A stretch of DNA of 64,000 nt from Mobula hypostoma. Lineage: Eukaryota. Below the pieces are notes generated by a model. The model saw nothing but the letters and a program-made list of their open reading frames with translations, was not told the origin of the DNA and searched no databases. The stretch is from assembly GCF_963921235.1 (NCBI RefSeq), contig NC_086107.1, forward strand, positions 116,624,001 through 116,688,000. The letters run 5' to 3'. Shown piece after piece: positions 1-11,213 of this stretch (its first letter is position 1; each line of letters begins with the position of its first letter). The translations under genes were made by a program, and so were the position numbers.

Positions 1-1218
1 CTGATCCCTTTAGCCACAAGGGCCATATCTAACTATCTGACACAATGTCTTCTTGGATAAATAAAATATTAGATTTGATAAAAATAGATACTCCCTTCAT
101 TTTATTTTGACAAGTGGCATGATATTGAAGGCCCTTCCACATTTTAAAATATCTATTTTGATCATCCGTTCTGATATGTGTTTCTTGAGCAAAAATTATA
201 TCAGGCTATAATCGATTAATAATTTTAAAAGTCTTCTTTCGCTTATAGGGTGATTCCAGCCACGTACGTTCCAACTAATAACGTTTATCTGTTTAACTAC
301 CATAAGTTTTTTTCACACATAAATACACGCATACCAATGCGGGCTAATCAAAAATGGCAGTGATAAGTATAACCATATAGAAAACATGCATGCTCCAGGA
401 CTCTGTAATGGGAAAAAATACAAGAAAAAAAACTGAAAAAAATGAAATTCATCCTACAATGAAACCTATAGTTTGAAACTACCCTCCCACCATCCCAAGA
501 GCTAGAAATCCAGCAAAGAGAAGGAACAGGCCAGAATGCGTCCCCATAGAAAAAGAAAAAAGAAAGAGAACTCTGCGAGCTGCTCAATTGAAACAATGAT
601 TTTAAATGTTTTTCTTAATTACCCCCCCCTTTACAAAAACACACGGCCCTAAAATAGGAAAGCCCTGCAGAGGGAAAATAAGATGTTTATGCTTAATCAT
701 TAAAAATAAACTGGGGAATGCAAAAACAATCTCCAAAGACGTCAAAACAATACAATTAAACCTAAACAAAGAGAAAAATGTCTATGTAATCTCTAACGAT
801 GAAAAATCGGTGCCATTATCCCTTTGACTTACTGCCCAATTAAAAAAAACTGTTTTTAGAAGAAAAACTGAGACTAATTATCTATTTACTAAGCATTCCT
901 CACTATATATATGAAAAAGTCTTTATAAACTATCAAAACTACCACTTAATTAATGAAGAAAAGCAAGAATAAAAACAAATAATCAAACCAGTTAACAATC
1001 TGTCCGCTGTGTTAATTCACTCAGTATACCAAACAGATTTCGGAAAAGTCATTCATCAGTCAAATCAAGAAGTTCACATCTTCTTTAAATGGCTCATTGA
1101 TCAAAGGACATCTTCAATATATCAGAAATCTTCAAAGCTTGTTCTCTTTCAGAAAATTATTCAGCAGATCTAATACCATTCAAACCTCGGCCACCTCCAA
1201 AATAAAATTAACATAGTC

Positions 1219-1390
1219 CAACTCCCTTGTCCATTCGTCCCCCCCATCCCTCCCCACTGATCAACTCCCTTGTCCATTCATCCCCCCCATCCCTCCCCAC
1301 TGATCAACTCCCTTGTCCATTCATCCCCCCCATCCCTCCCCACTGATCAACTCCCTTGTCCATTCGTCCCCCCCATCCCTCCCCACTGAT
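1219..1390 (+). repeat. 4 x 43-bp tandem repeat at the 5' junction of the PLE
   Basis: Unit CAACTCCCTTGTCCATTCRTCCCCCCCATCCCTCCCCACTGAT starts at 1219, 1262, 1305 and 1348. Confidence 0.95.
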
Positions 1391-2103
1391 CTCCCTCCTG
1401 GCACTTATCCTTGTAAGCGGAACAAGTGCTACACATGCCCTTACACTTCCTCCCTTACCACCATTCAGGGCCCCAAACAGTCCTTCCAGGTGAGGCAACA
1501 CTTCACCTGTGAGTCGTCTGGGGTGATATACTGCATCCGGTGCTCCCGATGTGGCCTTTTATATATTGGCGAGACCCGACGCAGACTGGGAGACCGCTTT
1601 GCTGAACATCTATGGTCTGTCTGCCAGAGAAAGCAGGATCTCCCAGTGGCCACACATTTTAATTCCACATCCCATTCCCATTCTGACATGTCTACCCACG
1701 GCCTCCTCTACTGTAAAGATGAAGCTACACTCAGGTTGGAGGAACAACACCTTATATTCCGTCTGGGTAGCCTCCAACCTGATGGCATGAACATCGACTT
1801 CTCTAACTTCCGCTAATGCCCCACCTCCCCCTCGTACCCCATCTGTTACTTATTTTTATACACACATTCTTTCTCTCTCTCTCCTTTTTCTCCCTCTGTC
1901 CCTCTGAATACACCTCTTGCCCATCCTCTGGGTTCCCCTCCCCTTGACTTTCTTCCCAGACCTCCTGTCCCATGATCCTCTCGTATCCCCTTTTGCCAAT
2001 CACCTGTCCAGCTCTTGGCTCCATCCCTCCCCCTCCTGTCTTCTCCTATCATTTTGGATCTCCCCCTCCAACTTTCAAATCCCTTACTCACTCTTCCTTC
2101 AGT

Positions 2104-2141
2104 TAGTCCTGACGAAGGGTCTCGGCCTGAAACGTCGACTG
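2104..2141 (+). ncRNA. Minimal type I hammerhead ribozyme motif in PLE
   Basis: TAGTC-CTGACGA-AGGGTCTCGGCCT-GAAAC-GTC-GACTG: both core boxes, stem I TAGTC/GACTG, predicted cleavage after C2136. Confidence 0.8.
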
Positions 2142-3234
2142 CACTTCTTCCTAGAGATGCTGCCTGGCCTGCTGCATTCACCAGCAACTTTTATGTGTGT
2201 TGCTTGAATTTCCAGCATCTGCAGAATTCCTGTTGTTAACATAGTCCAATGCTGCTTTGGGATCCAAAAAAACACGTGGAGTTGAATCTTTAGGAAATAA
2301 TTTTAATCGGGCTGGATAGTGACGTGATGGGAATAATCCCTTATCATGGGCTATTTTCATGGCTGGAACGAATTTGAACTGCTGTTCCATAACTTCCCGT
2401 GGATAGTCTTCATAAAAACGAATCTTGGAACCCTTGAATTTAAAAGTTCTGTGTTTCCTTGCATATTTTATGATTTGATCTTTAACTTTGAAACGAAGAA
2501 AACTGACCAAAACTGACCTTGGTTTATCTGGATCTTGAGATTTCGAAGTGAAAATTCTATGCACTCTTTCATATTGGGAGGCTGAGGTAGAATATCCGGA
2601 AACAGAGATTGAAACAAAATAGCAAAATAGTCCAATAACTCCCCACTCTCAGATCCTTCCTTCAGTCCAACAATTCGAATGTTAATCCGATGAGACCTTG
2701 CTTCCAGATCGATAATCTTGCGTTGAGACTGTTCCAAGCAGGCTGAAATATCCGCTATCTGACGCTTTGACTCTTTATGCTCAGAATTCAAGGAAATAAT
2801 ATTTTCCTCAACAAACTGAAAACTGTCGAAACGACTTCATCTCAGAAATGTTATTATCTATTTTCTTATCGAGAGCCATCAATGCATGTCCCAAATGCTC
2901 AGCCCAAACAGGCATATCTTCTGATTTTTCGTTCGAAGTTTTTCCCTTTCCATTGCTGGATTCAGAAAGCTGCTTTCCACTTCTTAAAGATTGTGACATA
3001 ATGACAACTATTCCCCTCCAAGATCCGACAAATAAAAGTTAAAAAATCAGAGTTTAAACTGGGGAAAAGGAAGAATTAAAGGCAGTCACAGAAATTGTGT
3101 GTTACTCCATTAAGCAGCAGGCGGAAGTGTCCTAGGAAAAAGTTAATGGCTCTCTACTCTATTTATGGCTCATCATCTTATACAACTCTATCAAGTTGTC
3201 TCTCATCCTCCTCCACTCAAAGAGTCACAGAGTC

Positions 3235-3505
3235 ACAGAGCCAGGCAGCACTGAAACAGGCCCTTCGGCGCTTCTAGTCAATGCTGACCTGTTTTTGTTT
3301 TGACTGCCCATTTCCAACTACCTGCACTATGGCCTCCACAAACCTCCCATACATATCATCACCCAAATTTCTCTTTAGTGTCTAAATTGAACCCACATCT
3401 TCCACTTCCGCTGGCAGCTCATTCCACACTCCCATCAACCTCTGAGTGAAGAATTCCCCTTCAGATTCCCCTAAAATATTTCACCTTTCACCCTGAACTT
3501 ATGTC
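3235..3505 (-). mobile_element. CR1 LINE 3' end fragment
   Basis: Resembles the 3' UTR and ORF2 end of other CR1 copies in the window (e.g. 25942-26220). Confidence 0.65.
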
Positions 3506-3604
3506 CAATGTGAGGGTGAGAGGGAAGATGGGGTGGAGAGGGAAGGCAGTAAGGAGGGGGCGAGGTTGATTGGGGACAAGGAAACAGAGGGGAGTGTTTA
3601 TACT

Positions 3605-5477
3605 ACATCAAAGTTGCTGGTGAACGCAGCAGGCCAAGCAGCATCTATAGGAAGAGGTACAGTCGACGTTTCAGGCCGAGACCCTTCGTCAGGACTAACT
3701 GAAGGAAGAATGAGTAAGGGATTTGAAAGTTGGAGGGGGAGGGGGAGATCCAAAATGATAGGAGAAGACAGGAGGGGGAGGGATAGAGCCGAGAGCTGGA
3801 CAGGTGATAGGCAAAAGGGGATACGAGAGGATCATGGGACAGGAGGTCTGGGAAGAAAGACGGGGGGGGGTGTGACCCAGAGGATGGGCAAGAGGTATAT
3901 TCAGAGGGACAGAGGGAGAAAAAGGAGAGTGAGAGAAAGAATGTGTGCATAAAAATAAGTAACAGATGGGGTACGAGGGGGAGGTGGGGCCTTAGCGGAA
4001 GTTAGAGAAGTCGATGTTCATGCCATCAGGTTGGAGGCTACCCAGACGGAATATAAGGTGTTGTTCCTCCAACCTGAGTGTGGCTTCATCTCCACAGTAG
4101 AGGAGGCTGTGGACAGACATGTCAGAATGGGAATGGGATGTGGAATTAAAATGTGTGGCCACTGGGAGATCCTGCTTTCTCTGGCGGACAGAGCGTAGAT
4201 GTTCAGCAAAGCGGTCTCCCAGTCTGCGTCGGGTCTCACCAATATATAAAAGGCCACATCGGGAGCACCGGACGCAGTATATCACCCCAGTCGACTCACA
4301 GGTGAAGTGTTGCCTCACCTGGAAGGACTGTTTGGGGCCCTGAATGGTGGTAAGGGAGGAAGTGTAAGGGCATGTGTAGCACTTGTTCCACTTACACGGA
4401 TAAGTGCCAGGAGGGAGATCAGTGGGGAGGGATGGGGGGGGACGAATGGACAAGGGAGTTGTGTAGGGAGCGATCCCTGCGGAATGCAGAGAGAGGGGGG
4501 GACGGAAAGATGTGCTTAGTGGTGGGATCCCGTTGGAGGTGGCGGAAGTTACGGAGAATAATATGTTGGACCCAGAGGCTGGTGGGGTGGTAGGTGAGGA
4601 CCAGGGGAACCCTATTCCTAGTGGGGTGGTGGGAGGATGGAGTGAGAGCAGATGTACGTGAAATGGGGGAGATACGTTTAAGAGCAGAGTTGATAGTGGA
4701 GGAAGGGAAGCCCCTTTCTTTAAAAAAGGAAGGCATCTCCCTCGTCCTAGAATGAAAAGCCTCATCCTGAGAGTAGATGCGGCGGGGACGGAGGAATTGT
4801 GAGAAGGGGATGGCGTTTTTGCAAGAGACAGGGTGAGAAGAGGAATAGTCCAGATAGCTGTGAGAGTCAGTAGGCTTATAGTAGACATCAGTGGATAAGC
4901 TGTCTCCAGAGAAAGAGACAGAAAGATCTAGAAAGGTGAGGGAGGTGTCGGAAATGGACCAGGTAAACTTGAGGGCAGGGTGAAAGTTAGAGGTAAAGTT
5001 AATAAAGTCAACGAGTTCTGCATGCGTGCAGGAAGCAGCGCCAATGCAGTCGTCGATGTAGCGAAGGAAAAGTGGGGGACAGATACCAGAATAGGCACGG
5101 AACATAGATTGTTCCACAAACCCAACAAAAAGGCAGGCATAGCTAGGACCCATACGGGTGCCCATAGCTACACCTTTAGTTTGGAGGAAATGGGAGGAGC
5201 CAAAGGAGAAATTATTAAGAGTAAGGACTAATTCCGCTAGACGGAGCAGAGTGGTGGTAGAGGGGAACTGATTAGGTCTGGAATCCAGAAAGAAGCGTAG
5301 AGCTTTGAGACCTTCCTGATGGGGGATGGAAGTATATAAGGACTGGACATCCATGGTGAAAATAAAGCGGTGGGGGCCAGGGAACTTAAAATCATCGAAA
5401 AGTTTAAGAGCGTGAGAAGTGTCATGAACATAGGTCGGAAGGGATTGAACAAGGGGTGATAAAACAGTGTCGAGGTA
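3605..5477 (-). mobile_element. Penelope-like element, left arm of fold-back palindrome (RT + GIY-YIG, one frameshift)
   Basis: ORF 4419-5354 (QTKGVAMG, LRYIDD) and ORF 3992-4888 (GIY-YIG). The frameshift is one extra base in the G run near 4434-4441. Confidence 0.93.
3660..3697 (-). ncRNA. Minimal hammerhead ribozyme motif in PLE
   Basis: Reverse complement of the same TAGTCCTGACGA...GAAACGTCGACTG motif. Confidence 0.8.
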
Positions 5478-7367
5478 TGTTCAATCCCTTCCGACCTATG
5501 TTTGTGACACTTCTCACGCTCTTAAACTTTTCGATGATTTTAAGTTCCCTGGCCCCCACCGCTTTATTTTCACCATGGATGTCCAGTCCTTATATACTTC
5601 CATCCCCCATCAGGAAGGTCTCAAAGCTCTACGCTTCTTTCTGGATTCCAGACCTAATCAGTTCCCCTCTACCACCACTCTTCTCCGTCTAGCGGAATTA
5701 GTCCTTACTCTTAATAATTTCTCCTTTGGCTCCTCCCATTTCCTCCAAACTAAAGGTGTAGCTATGGGCACCCGTATGGGTCCCAGCTATACCTGCCTTT
5801 TTGTTGGGTTTGTGGAACAATCTATGTTCTGTGCCTATTCTGGTATCTGTCCCCCACTTTTCCTTCGCTACATCGACGACTGCATTGGCGCTGCTTCCTG
5901 CACGCATGCAGAACTCGTTGACTTTATTAACTTTGCCTCTAACTTTCACCCTGCCCTCAAGTTTACCTGGTCCATTTCCGACACCTCCCTCACCTTTCTA
6001 GATCTTTCTGTCTCTGTCTCTGGAGACAGCTTATCCACTGATGTCTACTATAAGCCTACTGACTCTCACAGCTATCTGGACTATTCCTCTTCTCACCCTG
6101 TCTCTTGCAAAAACGCCATCCCCTTCTCACAATTCCTCCGTCTCCGCCGCATCTGCTCTCAGGATGAGGTTTTTCATTCTAGGACGAGGGAAATGTCTTC
6201 CTTTTTTAAAGAAAGGGGCTTCCCTTCCTCCACTATCAACTCTGCTCTTAAACGTATCTCCCCCATTTCACGTACATCTGCTCTCACTCCATCCTCCCAC
6301 CACCCCACTAGGAATAGGGTTCCCCTGGTCCTCACCTACCACCCCACCAGCCTCTGGGTCCAACATATTATTCTCCGTAACTTCCGCCACCTCCAACGGG
6401 ATCCCACCACTAAACACATCTTTCCCTCCCCCCGTCTCTCTGCATTCCGCAGGGATCGCTCCCTACACAACTCCCTTGTCCATTCGTCCCCCCCATCCCT
6501 CCCCACTGATCTCCCTCCTGGCACTTATCCGTGTAAGTGGAACAAGTGCTACACATGCCCTTACACTTCCTCCCTTACCACCATTCAGGGCCCCAAACAG
6601 ACCTTCCAGGTGAGGCATCACTTCACCTGTGAGTCGACTGGGGTGATATACTGCGTCCGGTGCTCCCGATGTGGCCTTTTATATATTGGTGAGACCCGAC
6701 GCAGACTGGGAGACCACTTTGCTGAACATCTACGCTCTGTCCGCCAGAGAAAGCAGGATCTCCCAGTGGCCACACATTTTAATTCCACATCCCATTCCCA
6801 TTCTGACATGTCTGTCCACGGCCTCCTCTACTGTGGAGATGAAGCCACACTCAGGTTGGAGGAACAACACCTTATATTCCGTCTGGGTAGCCTCCAACCT
6901 GATGGCATGAACATCGACTTCTCTAACTTCCGCTAAGGCCCCACCTCCCCTTCGTACCCCATCTGTTACTCATTTTTATGCACACATTCTTTCTCTCACT
7001 CTCCTTTTTCTCCCTCTGTCCCTCTGAATATACCTCTTGCCCATCCTCTGGGTCAACCACCCCCCCCTGTCTTTCTTCCCGGACCTCCTGTCCCATGATC
7101 CTCTCGTATCCCCTTTTGCCAATCACCTGTCCAGCTCTCGGCTCCATCCCTCCCCCTCCTGTCTTCTCCTATCATTTTGGATCTCCCCCTCCCCCTCCAA
7201 CTTTCAAATCCCTTACTCACTCTTCCTTCAGTTAGTCCTGACGAAGGGTCTCGGCCTGAAACGTCGACTGCACCTCTTCCTATAGATGCTGCTTGGCCTG
7301 CTGCGTTCACCAGCAACTTTGATGTATGTTGCTTGAATTTCCAGCATCTGCAGAATTCCTGTTGTTT
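5478..7367 (+). mobile_element. Penelope-like element, right arm of palindrome; uninterrupted but 5'-truncated RT + GIY-YIG frame ending at 6936
   Basis: 489-aa ORF 5467-6936 with MDVQSLYTSIP, QTKGVAMG, YIDD, YYKPT and GVIYC...YIGET. TSD GGAGTGTTTATACT at 3591-3604 and 7368-7381 brackets both arms. Confidence 0.94.
7233..7270 (+). ncRNA. Minimal hammerhead ribozyme motif in PLE
   Basis: TAGTCCTGACGAAGGGTCTCGGCCTGAAACGTCGACTG; predicted cleavage after C7265. Confidence 0.8.
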
Positions 7368-7519
7368 GGAGTGTTTATACTTACTATTTTTCAATAACGT
7401 AATTGTTTGAACTTACTTGTTACAAACTTACTATCCATACCCTGTACACTGTACATTCTCAACCAAATTACTGATTACAGATGACAGATGACAAGTAACA
7501 TGAAGAGCAGTGTGAGCTG

Positions 7520-7720
7520 CCTTAATGACTATCATGCAGTGGCTCTCACATCTCTGGTGATGAAATGTTGAAGGGTTGGTCATAGTGAGAATGAACTCCT
7601 GCATCAGCAAGGACCTGGACCCACTGAAATTTGCCCATCACCAGAATAGGTCTATGGCAGATGTGATCGCAATGGCTCTTCACATGGCCTTAGATCACCT
7701 GGACAAAACAAACACCAAAA
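7520..7720 (+). mobile_element. Rex1/Babar-like LINE RT fragment, degenerate
   Basis: CTGGACCCACTG...AATAGGTCTATGGCAGATG...GATCACCTGGAC resembles the LDPLQFAY..NRSTADA..HLD block. Confidence 0.6.
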
Positions 7721-7919
7721 GAGTTTTGCTAAACAACTGACAATTGCACCTTCACCAGCTGCTCACATGAGACTACTGTCCATAGCCGTGACACAAGAAA
7801 TCACATCACTGTCACTCTCCTGATACCGTGTGTGACCTGCTCACCTCCGGGTATCCTCCCTCCTCAAGCCTCTTCCTCAGTCACCATCAGAGAGGGCAAA
7901 GATCCTACCTCGCTCTACC

Positions 7920-8595
7920 TTTTCTCATAAAAACATAGTCTCTAATCCAGGCAGCATCCTGGTAAATCTTTGAACCCTCTACAAATTTTCCACATCTTTT
8001 CTATAAGGAGGCAATGAGAATTGAATACAATACTCCAATCAGTTTTACAATGCTGCAATATTACCTCGTGACCCTCGAACTCAATCTGCGACTTATGACG
8101 GCCAACACACCATAGGCCTTCTTAACCACCTTATCAACTTATATGGCAACTTTGAGGGATCTAAAGGATGTGGCCCCAAGATCCCTCCGTTCTCCACAAT
8201 GCTAAGAATTCTGCCATTAACCTTGTACTTTGTCTTCAAGTTTGATCTTTTAAAGTGAATAATGTCAGAATCAGAATTGGGTTAATTATCACCAGCATGT
8301 TTCATGAAATTTGTTCAGTTTGGATCATACTTTTTCAGATTGAACTTCAACTGCAACTTCTCAACCCAGCTCAGTATCCTATCAATGTCACCAACCTCCT
8401 GGCAGAATATACTGATCTGCCTTCTTCCAAATCTTTGCAGCCAGCTTTCCTTGGATCTCGTGCTTCTTGGCTTTATGGATGAGCCTTTTCAAAATTCTTA
8501 CTAAAATCTAAATACACCACATACACCATTCTGCCTTCAACAATCTGTTTTTTCACCTCCTTAAAAAACAAAATCAAGCTTGTGAAACACAACCT
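7920..8595 (-). mobile_element. Degenerate CR1 ORF2 fragments
   Basis: Similar to better-preserved CR1 copies (TCTAATCCAGGCAGCATCCTGGTAAATC etc.). Confidence 0.75.
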
Positions 8596-9404
8596 GACCC
8601 ATACCCATCAACCCCTGCCTGTTCACGAGTCCTCTCAAACGTTGCCACTGTATCTTCTGAAATCTCCTCTGCACTTCTTCCTACTTTAATGGCAGGATCT
8701 TCCCTACAGCGGGATGACCCAACTGAACACCATACTCCAATTGCAGCCTCACTGTCATCTTGTGATGACAAGATCACAAGATGAGATTGGGAGCATAGGC
8801 TACCAGATTTCTGTGGAACAATCCCCACATTTGATACTGGAGGTGAGTCACTCACTGGTCAACAACCTGGTGTGATCCAGACCAACAAGTGCAGGTCCAA
8901 GGGTGGGGATCTAGCGAAAGGTGATTCTCTCCCAGCCTAGTCCATTCACTCAATATCTGCTACATTACCTATCCCCTGTTTGCAGATTAGGGGGGTGGTG
9001 GCACACTCCCCACTTCCCTGGAAGGAGTTAGTCCGTGAACACAGCATCCACATTATTTAGGGCTCTGATGGGACACTCCCCAGTTTGCTGATTGACTGTA
9101 GCTTTAATGAATCAAGAGACCCCAGATTGTGTTCTAGGATAACCCCAGGGAAGTGCGTGACAATATACATGCTTGCTCAGTGTCAGAGGGTAGGGAAAAA
9201 AGGTTGACGTTTAATATCTAGTATAACTCCAGAGAAGGAGGTGAAATAGTTAATCGGCCAGTCAGTGCCTGAGGGAGGGAACGGGGCCCACAGTTCTGGT
9301 ACAGTATAAACCACAAGGAAATGGGTGCAAGGTGAATGGAGGGAAATAAATTTGACAATTCTAAGAACAAACTAAGGGATAAGGGCAGCATCTGAGGGGA
9401 GGCA

Positions 9405-9597
9405 CATAGACAATAGACAATAGGTGCAGGAGTAGGCCATTCAGCCCTTCAGGCCAGCACTGCCATTCACGGTGATCATGGCTGATCATCCACAATCAGT
9501 ATCCTTTTCCTGCCTTCTCCCCATATCCATTGACTCCGCTATCTTTAAGAGCTCTATCTAAATCTTTCTTGAAAGAATCCAGAGAATTGGCCTCCAC
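9405..9597 (-). mobile_element. CR1 3' tail fragment
   Basis: ATAGGTGCAGGAGTAGGCCATTCAGCCC... closely matches the tail at 11240-11410. Confidence 0.8.
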
Positions 9598-9769
9598 TCC
9601 ACATAGTATTGGCTAATTGGATCTAAAATAAACCCAGTGAAGTGGGTTGAAACACACATCAAATCCGGCAGCATTTTATGGCAAGAATAGGGTCTCAATG
9701 TTCAAGATCTCCAACAACCCGGGGCCAGTGCTGCTCTGGCCAAGGGAAGTGGATGGGAACAACCTTCAG

Positions 9770-10520
9770 GTCGGTCAGCGTCTGAGGGGAGGGAAATAAG
9801 GTCGACTTTCGAGTTTGGATTACAACCCAGGGAACGTTAAAAACACACATGCGGTCGGTCAGCGTTCGAAGAAAGGAGAAACCAACTCAATCGTTCATCC
9901 CACGCAACTAGACCAACAAGAGAAAGCACCGACACCGTCCCCTTCTTTCACCTATTCGTCGAGAGCTCGGACTGGCGGTCGGCGACGGCCAATCAGAACG
10001 AAAAGGCGGTCGCGGATGAGATGTCTGTCTTCAGCGTTGTCCAGTGGGAGAGAGGACGATTGGGTACGCGCGATCACGTAGGGGCGGGTCCTGCAAGGCT
10101 CCGTATCCTTGGATTGGAGGACGGAACTAGTGCAAGCCAATGAGGTCGGTTGCGGCTTCGCACGGAGTACGTGTGATTGATGGGACCGGGCGTCCAGCAC
10201 AGACCAATGCGGTTCGGAGAGGGGAGGGACAATAGGGTAGTTAAGAAGGCGAGTCCCGCGCATAGCAATGATTGATGGGTGAACGGTTCCAATGAGAATG
10301 TATGGAGGGCGGGACAATCAACGGGAGACAATTGCGTTCGACTGGTGCGAGCTGACAACATGACCAATGGAATGGGAAGCCGGGAGCGGGTCCAGCTCGT
10401 GCAGCGCTTAAGACTGATGGTTGGGTAAGGCTGTGGGCGTGTCGAGCACGGGCCAATGGGAAGGAAGGTTTGCGGGGATCGTCACTGCTCATGCGCAGCT
10501 GGAGGCGGCGGTGAGTGAGG
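9770..10520. promoter_or_regulatory. CpG-rich promoter with eight CCAAT boxes, two GC boxes and an NRF1-like site; probable non-coding first exon ending at 10510 (+)
   Basis: CCAAT/ATTGG at 9989, 10059, 10113, 10137, 10204, 10289, 10364 and 10453. GGGCGGG at ~10082 and 10307. GCTCATGCGCA at ~10487. Donor GCG|GTGAGT at 10510/10511. Confidence 0.8.
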
Positions 10521-10599
10521 TCGCCCTCTGACCCCTGACCCTGTTGCTAAGTCCAGGCTGTAACCCCTGGTACACGCACCTTGACCCTCAGTGTCTATT

Positions 10600-10980
10600 T
10601 CTCCCTCTTCTCTCTACTAACTCTCTTAACCGTCTATTCCCCTCATTCTGCACCTCCCCCTCTCTTCCCCCTCTCCCCCCTCTTCCCCTCTCCCCTCTCT
10701 CTTCCCCCTCTCTCCCTCCCCTCCCCCTCTCTCTTCCCCTCCCCTCCCCCTCTCTTCCCCCTCCCCTCCCCTCTCTCTTCCCCCTCTCCCCTCCCCTCTC
10801 TCTTCCCCTCTCCTCTCTCTTCCCCCTCTCCCCTCCCCTCTCTCTCCCCCTCCCCTCTCTCTCCCCTCCCCCTCTCCTCCCCTCTCCCTCACCCTCTTTC
10901 TCTCCCCTCTCTCCCCCTCTCTCTTTCTCCCCTATTTCATCTCTCCAACCCTCTCTTCAGCCCTTTCTCCATTCTCTCTG
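10600..10980 (+). repeat. Polypyrimidine (C/T) low-complexity tract
   Basis: Almost pure C/T for about 350 bp. Confidence 0.95.
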
Positions 10981-11213
10981 GGCTCTGGGGGATAATTTAT
11001 GATTAATTCTCCCCCAATTCGTAATGACCATCCTGTGTTGATGGCCACACAAGGTCACTGGTCAGAAGTCACCGAGTAGCAGAGCATGTCATATAATTTG
11101 CAGGACAAAGGTTAAAGGTGGTGCGGCTTTCTCATGCTAGGTTGCAGGTTAAAGGTCGCAGCTAGCATAGTATAACCCTGGAGCTCAGGGTTTAATGATA
11201 TTGCCCTGCATCA

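Larger units (their letters stand above)
1219..2235 (+). mobile_element. Penelope-like element, 5'-truncated (GIY-YIG endonuclease region plus 3' repeat with hammerhead motif)
   Basis: ORF 1313-1816 has GVIYCIRCSRCGLLYIGET and LQPDGMN. TSD TTAACATAGTCCAA at 1208-1221 and 2236-2249. Confidence 0.92.
39..3131 (-). mobile_element. L1-clade LINE, 5' half (5' UTR, broken ORF1, start of ORF2 APE endonuclease), interrupted by a Penelope-like element
   Basis: ORF1 fragments 2808-2999, 2468-2791 (LEARSHRINIRIVGLKEG) and 2178-2564 (KIRFYEDYPREV...YPARLK). ORF1 resumes below 1221. ORF2 starts at ATG 303-301 reading MVVKQINVISWNVRGWNHP. Confidence 0.88.

Noticed and set aside
3605..7367. Palindrome as a fold-back read or assembly artefact
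   Set aside because: Arms carry many substitutions, have different 3' ends and share a flanking TSD. Read-level confirmation is still advisable.
9952..10492. Minus-strand ORFs in the CpG-rich promoter
   Set aside because: No recognisable protein similarity; expected by chance in GC-rich DNA.
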